This document shows, piece after piece, positions 34,421 to 37,040 of a stretch of 37,040 bases of DNA. Position numbers and translations under genes: made by a program. This DNA is from an uncultured archaeon (GTDB lineage: Archaea > Asgardarchaeota > Heimdallarchaeia > Heimdallarchaeales > Heimdallarchaeaceae), in assembly GCA_964549075.1 (NCBI GenBank), contig CAZJUB010000009.1:31159-68198 (forward strand). The letters run 5' to 3'. The notes beneath the pieces were generated by a model. The model did not search any database, was not told the DNA's origin, and was given only the letters and a program-made list of their open reading frames with translations. Numbering within the stretch: the first letter of the stretch is position 1; the number at the start of each line of letters is the position of its first letter.

Positions 34421-37040
34421 ATGAAGCTTCCAAGAAATATTAGTAAACGTAAAAAGTTTACTTTATACATAATATCATATTATATTTTGATTTCAGTGAT
34501 GTTTGCACCTATACCACAGATATATGCATCATCAGCAATAAATAATAGATCATCACGAGCATATGATGGTACTAATCCATTTGCTAGTGAAGAGTATTAT
34601 AACGATATTACAGTAAATCCTGGTGCTAAGCTTGATATAAGACCAGAAGAGCTAGGTTATCCATATGTTCCCAATACACAATCAGGGGATACAAGTGATC
34701 AAATCTCTGCATCTGATTATTTATCAGTAAGCCATCCCAATACGTTTAGTTTAACAAATTTTGATGATACTGGAAAGATTAATAATAGTTACTCAATTAC
34801 TAACATAGCTGATTATACTGCTGATTCTTTAAATTATGGATTAACAGATATAGAATCAATAACTGATTATTATACAATTGAAGATGGTTATGATGGTGTT
34901 TTAACTTTTGATAAAGATGACTATTACTCTTTTGCTCAAGCATTTTCTGTGGAATGGCAATATGCACTTTTTTATGGTAGTTCACTATTTTTAACATACG
35001 ATACAGGGGCAGCAAATTCACTAGAAGATTATCAGCTTGAATTACTTCTAGTTGGTTCTAACAGCGGGGATGGAAAACCAAATATGACTAATATCATTAG
35101 TAGTTGTAATTCTAATCCTTTTATGCAAGGAGCAACTTATCTCGATGCAGGTCTTCAGTTTTTCGATTTTACAGATACACAATTGTTAAAAGGAACATAT
35201 TATATTGTAGCTAATTTGTCTCAAATAGACACAAGTGATGCTCCAAGACATTTTCAATGGGCTAAGAATGATCATACAACAGATGGTGTTAATGGTGGAG
35301 AAACATATTATAGAGTTACTGGTTTTCCTGGTCTTTGGAGTTCTGAAACTGGCTATGATTTTACTCTTTTAAATTACCTGCTCCCATGTGATAGCGGGAA
35401 CAATCCTATCACATTTACAGATCCTGTTCAAATAGATCTACAAGATAATAGCGTAAGTGTTACTTCAACAACTGAAGCAATTTCTGGTATAGGAAACCAT
35501 GAACTCACTGCAAATACATCAGTCTCTATCACATTTAATAACAGTTATATATTTACCAAAATATATAGTGGAAATGATATTTATGCTGCGTTTTCAGCAA
35601 CTAATGGTTCTTATTGGTCATATAGTATTGATTGGGATATAAACTGGACTACACCGTTGATAGATATATCTCCATATTCGAATCTTGAGCGGTATCAGAT
35701 AGTTTATGCACCTTCAGATTGGCATGATTCAGTTTTTACTTTTTACTTCGATGAGACTGAAGCAATGCCTGGATCATCGAGAGTCGCTTCTGGATATAGA
35801 CTTGATCTAGCTGATAATAATACTGCGAGTAATTGGTTGTTATCTACGAAGAGTCCGAATCACTTGAGTGATTTAGAACTTCTAGATGATACTATACCAA
35901 CAGAGAGATATCTTTTAGGATATTGGATAGGTACTGCTACCCAATCAATTGGTTATACTGGCTCAAAAATAATAGCAGACACACTTGTTCAAGGAGGTGG
36001 AATTTCAACTCCTTACAATGTAGAAACTGGAAGCTTGAATTTTACATTGTATGATGGAAATGGTAATATTATCCCTCTTAAAAGTGGTTTGCCAGGGAAT
36101 CTTGTTTATGCTGATTCAACTTCTTATACTGTAGTAAGTCTAACTCAAGATAGTCCTGGTGTATATACACCTGAAATCTACTTTGATCCTTCTGTATATG
36201 GAAGTGATGAACCAGGATTCTGGACTGCATCAGTATTGTGGCAAAATGGTACTGAGGTAGGATTTTATTCTCAAAGAATAGTTGTTCAAACACAAACACA
36301 ATTTGATTTCATTTGGGAAGAAGAACCATCAAATGCTAACTGGGTGACTGATGACATCTCAAGAAAAGGTCTTGATTCTATAAGTATAATAGGTTATTAC
36401 TTTAATATAAGCGAACCTTATACAACTGGTATAAGAAATGTAATTCCTTCTGCAACTGTTTCATATAACGTTTATAATGGGACTTGGAGTAAAAATAACG
36501 ATTTAACTTATGAAGGTTCAGCTCAATATAATACTTCGATATCAGTTGATTTCTCAGTTGGTACATATACAGTAGAAATTTCTGGAACAGGTGCTTTTCT
36601 TGAAACAAATTCAACATCATTCAATTTAACGGTTTTTTATGAACTAGCACTCATTCCTGAATACACTTCAACTTCAACCTATTACACTGATAATGTCGTT
36701 TTCAATATCGCGTTATATGATGTAACCGGTGACACGAACCTCACTTCTTACACTGACATAAATGTAACACTCTATGACGGAAGCTCTTATTATCTAACGA
36801 TACTAACAGATTACTCTTTTACTTATAGTGGCTCTCCTGATGAATGGATTCTAGATATAAATACCACTACTAATAGCCTGGATATCGGTTGGTACGATGT
36901 TTACATAGAAGTTATGATCGACAATTATAAAGCAAATTACACAAACACGTACGTGTCGGATGTGTATTCATTTGAGATTTTGGTTGCAGAAACAGAAATA
37001 CAAGTTGATGTTGCACCTACAACTATTCAGGTTTATCATG
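34421..37040 (+). CDS. Very large secreted/surface glycoprotein (about 870 aa visible, runs off the window)
   Basis: Not in the ORF track, consistent with having no stop in the window. ATG 34421 gives MKLPRNISKRKKFTLYIISYYILISVMFAPIPQIYA (signal peptide). The same frame reads cleanly at the edge (..VYSFEILVAETEIQVDVAPTTIQVYH). T/S/N/D/Y-rich beta composition with many sequons, e.g. WQNGTEVG. Confidence 0.85.
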   Translation, partial: MKLPRNISKRKKFTLYIISYYILISVMFAPIPQIYASSAINNRSSRAYDGTNPFASEEYYNDITVNPGAKLDIRPEELGYPYVPNTQSGDTSDQISASDYLSVSHPNTFSLTNFDDTGKINNSYSITNIADYTADSLNYGLTDIESITDYYTIEDGYDGVLTFDKDDYYSFAQAFSVEWQYALFYGSSLFLTYDTGAANSLEDYQLELLLVGSNSGDGKPNMTNIISSCNSNPFMQGATYLDAGLQFFDFTDTQLLKGTYYIVANLSQIDTSDAPRHFQWAKNDHTTDGVNGGETYYRVTGFPGLWSSETGYDFTLLNYLLPCDSGNNPITFTDPVQIDLQDNSVSVTSTTEAISGIGNHELTANTSVSITFNNSYIFTKIYSGNDIYAAFSATNGSYWSYSIDWDINWTTPLIDISPYSNLERYQIVYAPSDWHDSVFTFYFDETEAMPGSSRVASGYRLDLADNNTASNWLLSTKSPNHLSDLELLDDTIPTERYLLGYWIGTATQSIGYTGSKIIADTLVQGGGISTPYNVETGSLNFTLYDGNGNIIPLKSGLPGNLVYADSTSYTVVSLTQDSPGVYTPEIYFDPSVYGSDEPGFWTASVLWQNGTEVGFYSQRIVVQTQTQFDFIWEEEPSNANWVTDDISRKGLDSISIIGYYFNISEPYTTGIRNVIPSATVSYNVYNGTWSKNNDLTYEGSAQYNTSISVDFSVGTYTVEISGTGAFLETNSTSFNLTVFYELALIPEYTSTSTYYTDNVVFNIALYDVTGDTNLTSYTDINVTLYDGSSYYLTILTDYSFTYSGSPDEWILDINTTTNSLDIGWYDVYIEVMIDNYKANYTNTYVSDVYSFEILVAETEIQVDVAPTTIQVYH

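Noticed and set aside
2375-36620. Short antisense or nested ORFs (e.g. 2375, 3005, 6303, 8061, 10342, 12187, 12423, 12833, 13194, 14377, 15822, 20349, 20581, 22076, 22662, 23193, 26469, 29399, 29636, 30192, 32050, 32208, 32386, 34800, 36078, 36402)
   Set aside because: They are shadows of well-supported genes on the other strand or frame, with biased composition and no motifs.

Overview
This is a gene-dense, AT-rich archaeal chromosome segment, most consistent with an Asgard archaeon (probably Heimdallarchaeia). That is inferred from a Rag-type GTPase, a longin-domain protein, an OST48/Wbp1-like protein and a two-domain eukaryote-type Rpb5. I see no mobile element or CRISPR array. It holds about 33 CDS, three tRNAs (Arg-CCU, Thr-CGU with a 13-nt intron, Arg-GCG) and the RNase P RNA gene. 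Three CDS are missing from the supplied ORF track: Rpo5/Rpb5 at the left edge, a 54-aa Zn-ribbon gene, and a very large secreted protein at the right edge. Main observations: (1) a single-pass receptor-like ribonuclease (signal peptide, Ig-like ectodomain, TM helix, cytoplasmic Regnase/NYN RNase) heading a co-oriented run with a wHTH regulator, a proteasome beta+alpha pair, a longin-wHTH protein and an M48 membrane protease, which is a candidate IRE1-analogous proteostasis or defence system; (2) an apparently complete bacillithiol pathway (bshA, bshC, bshB-like) with an adjacent divergent disulfide reductase; (3) an RNA polymerase Rpb5 with the eukaryotic jaw domain and a tandem-repeat Lys/Pro tail; (4) a serine-palmitoyltransferase-like enzyme; (5) a beta-CASP nuclease with a C-terminal PIP box. 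All family calls come from motif recognition by eye; no database searches were run.
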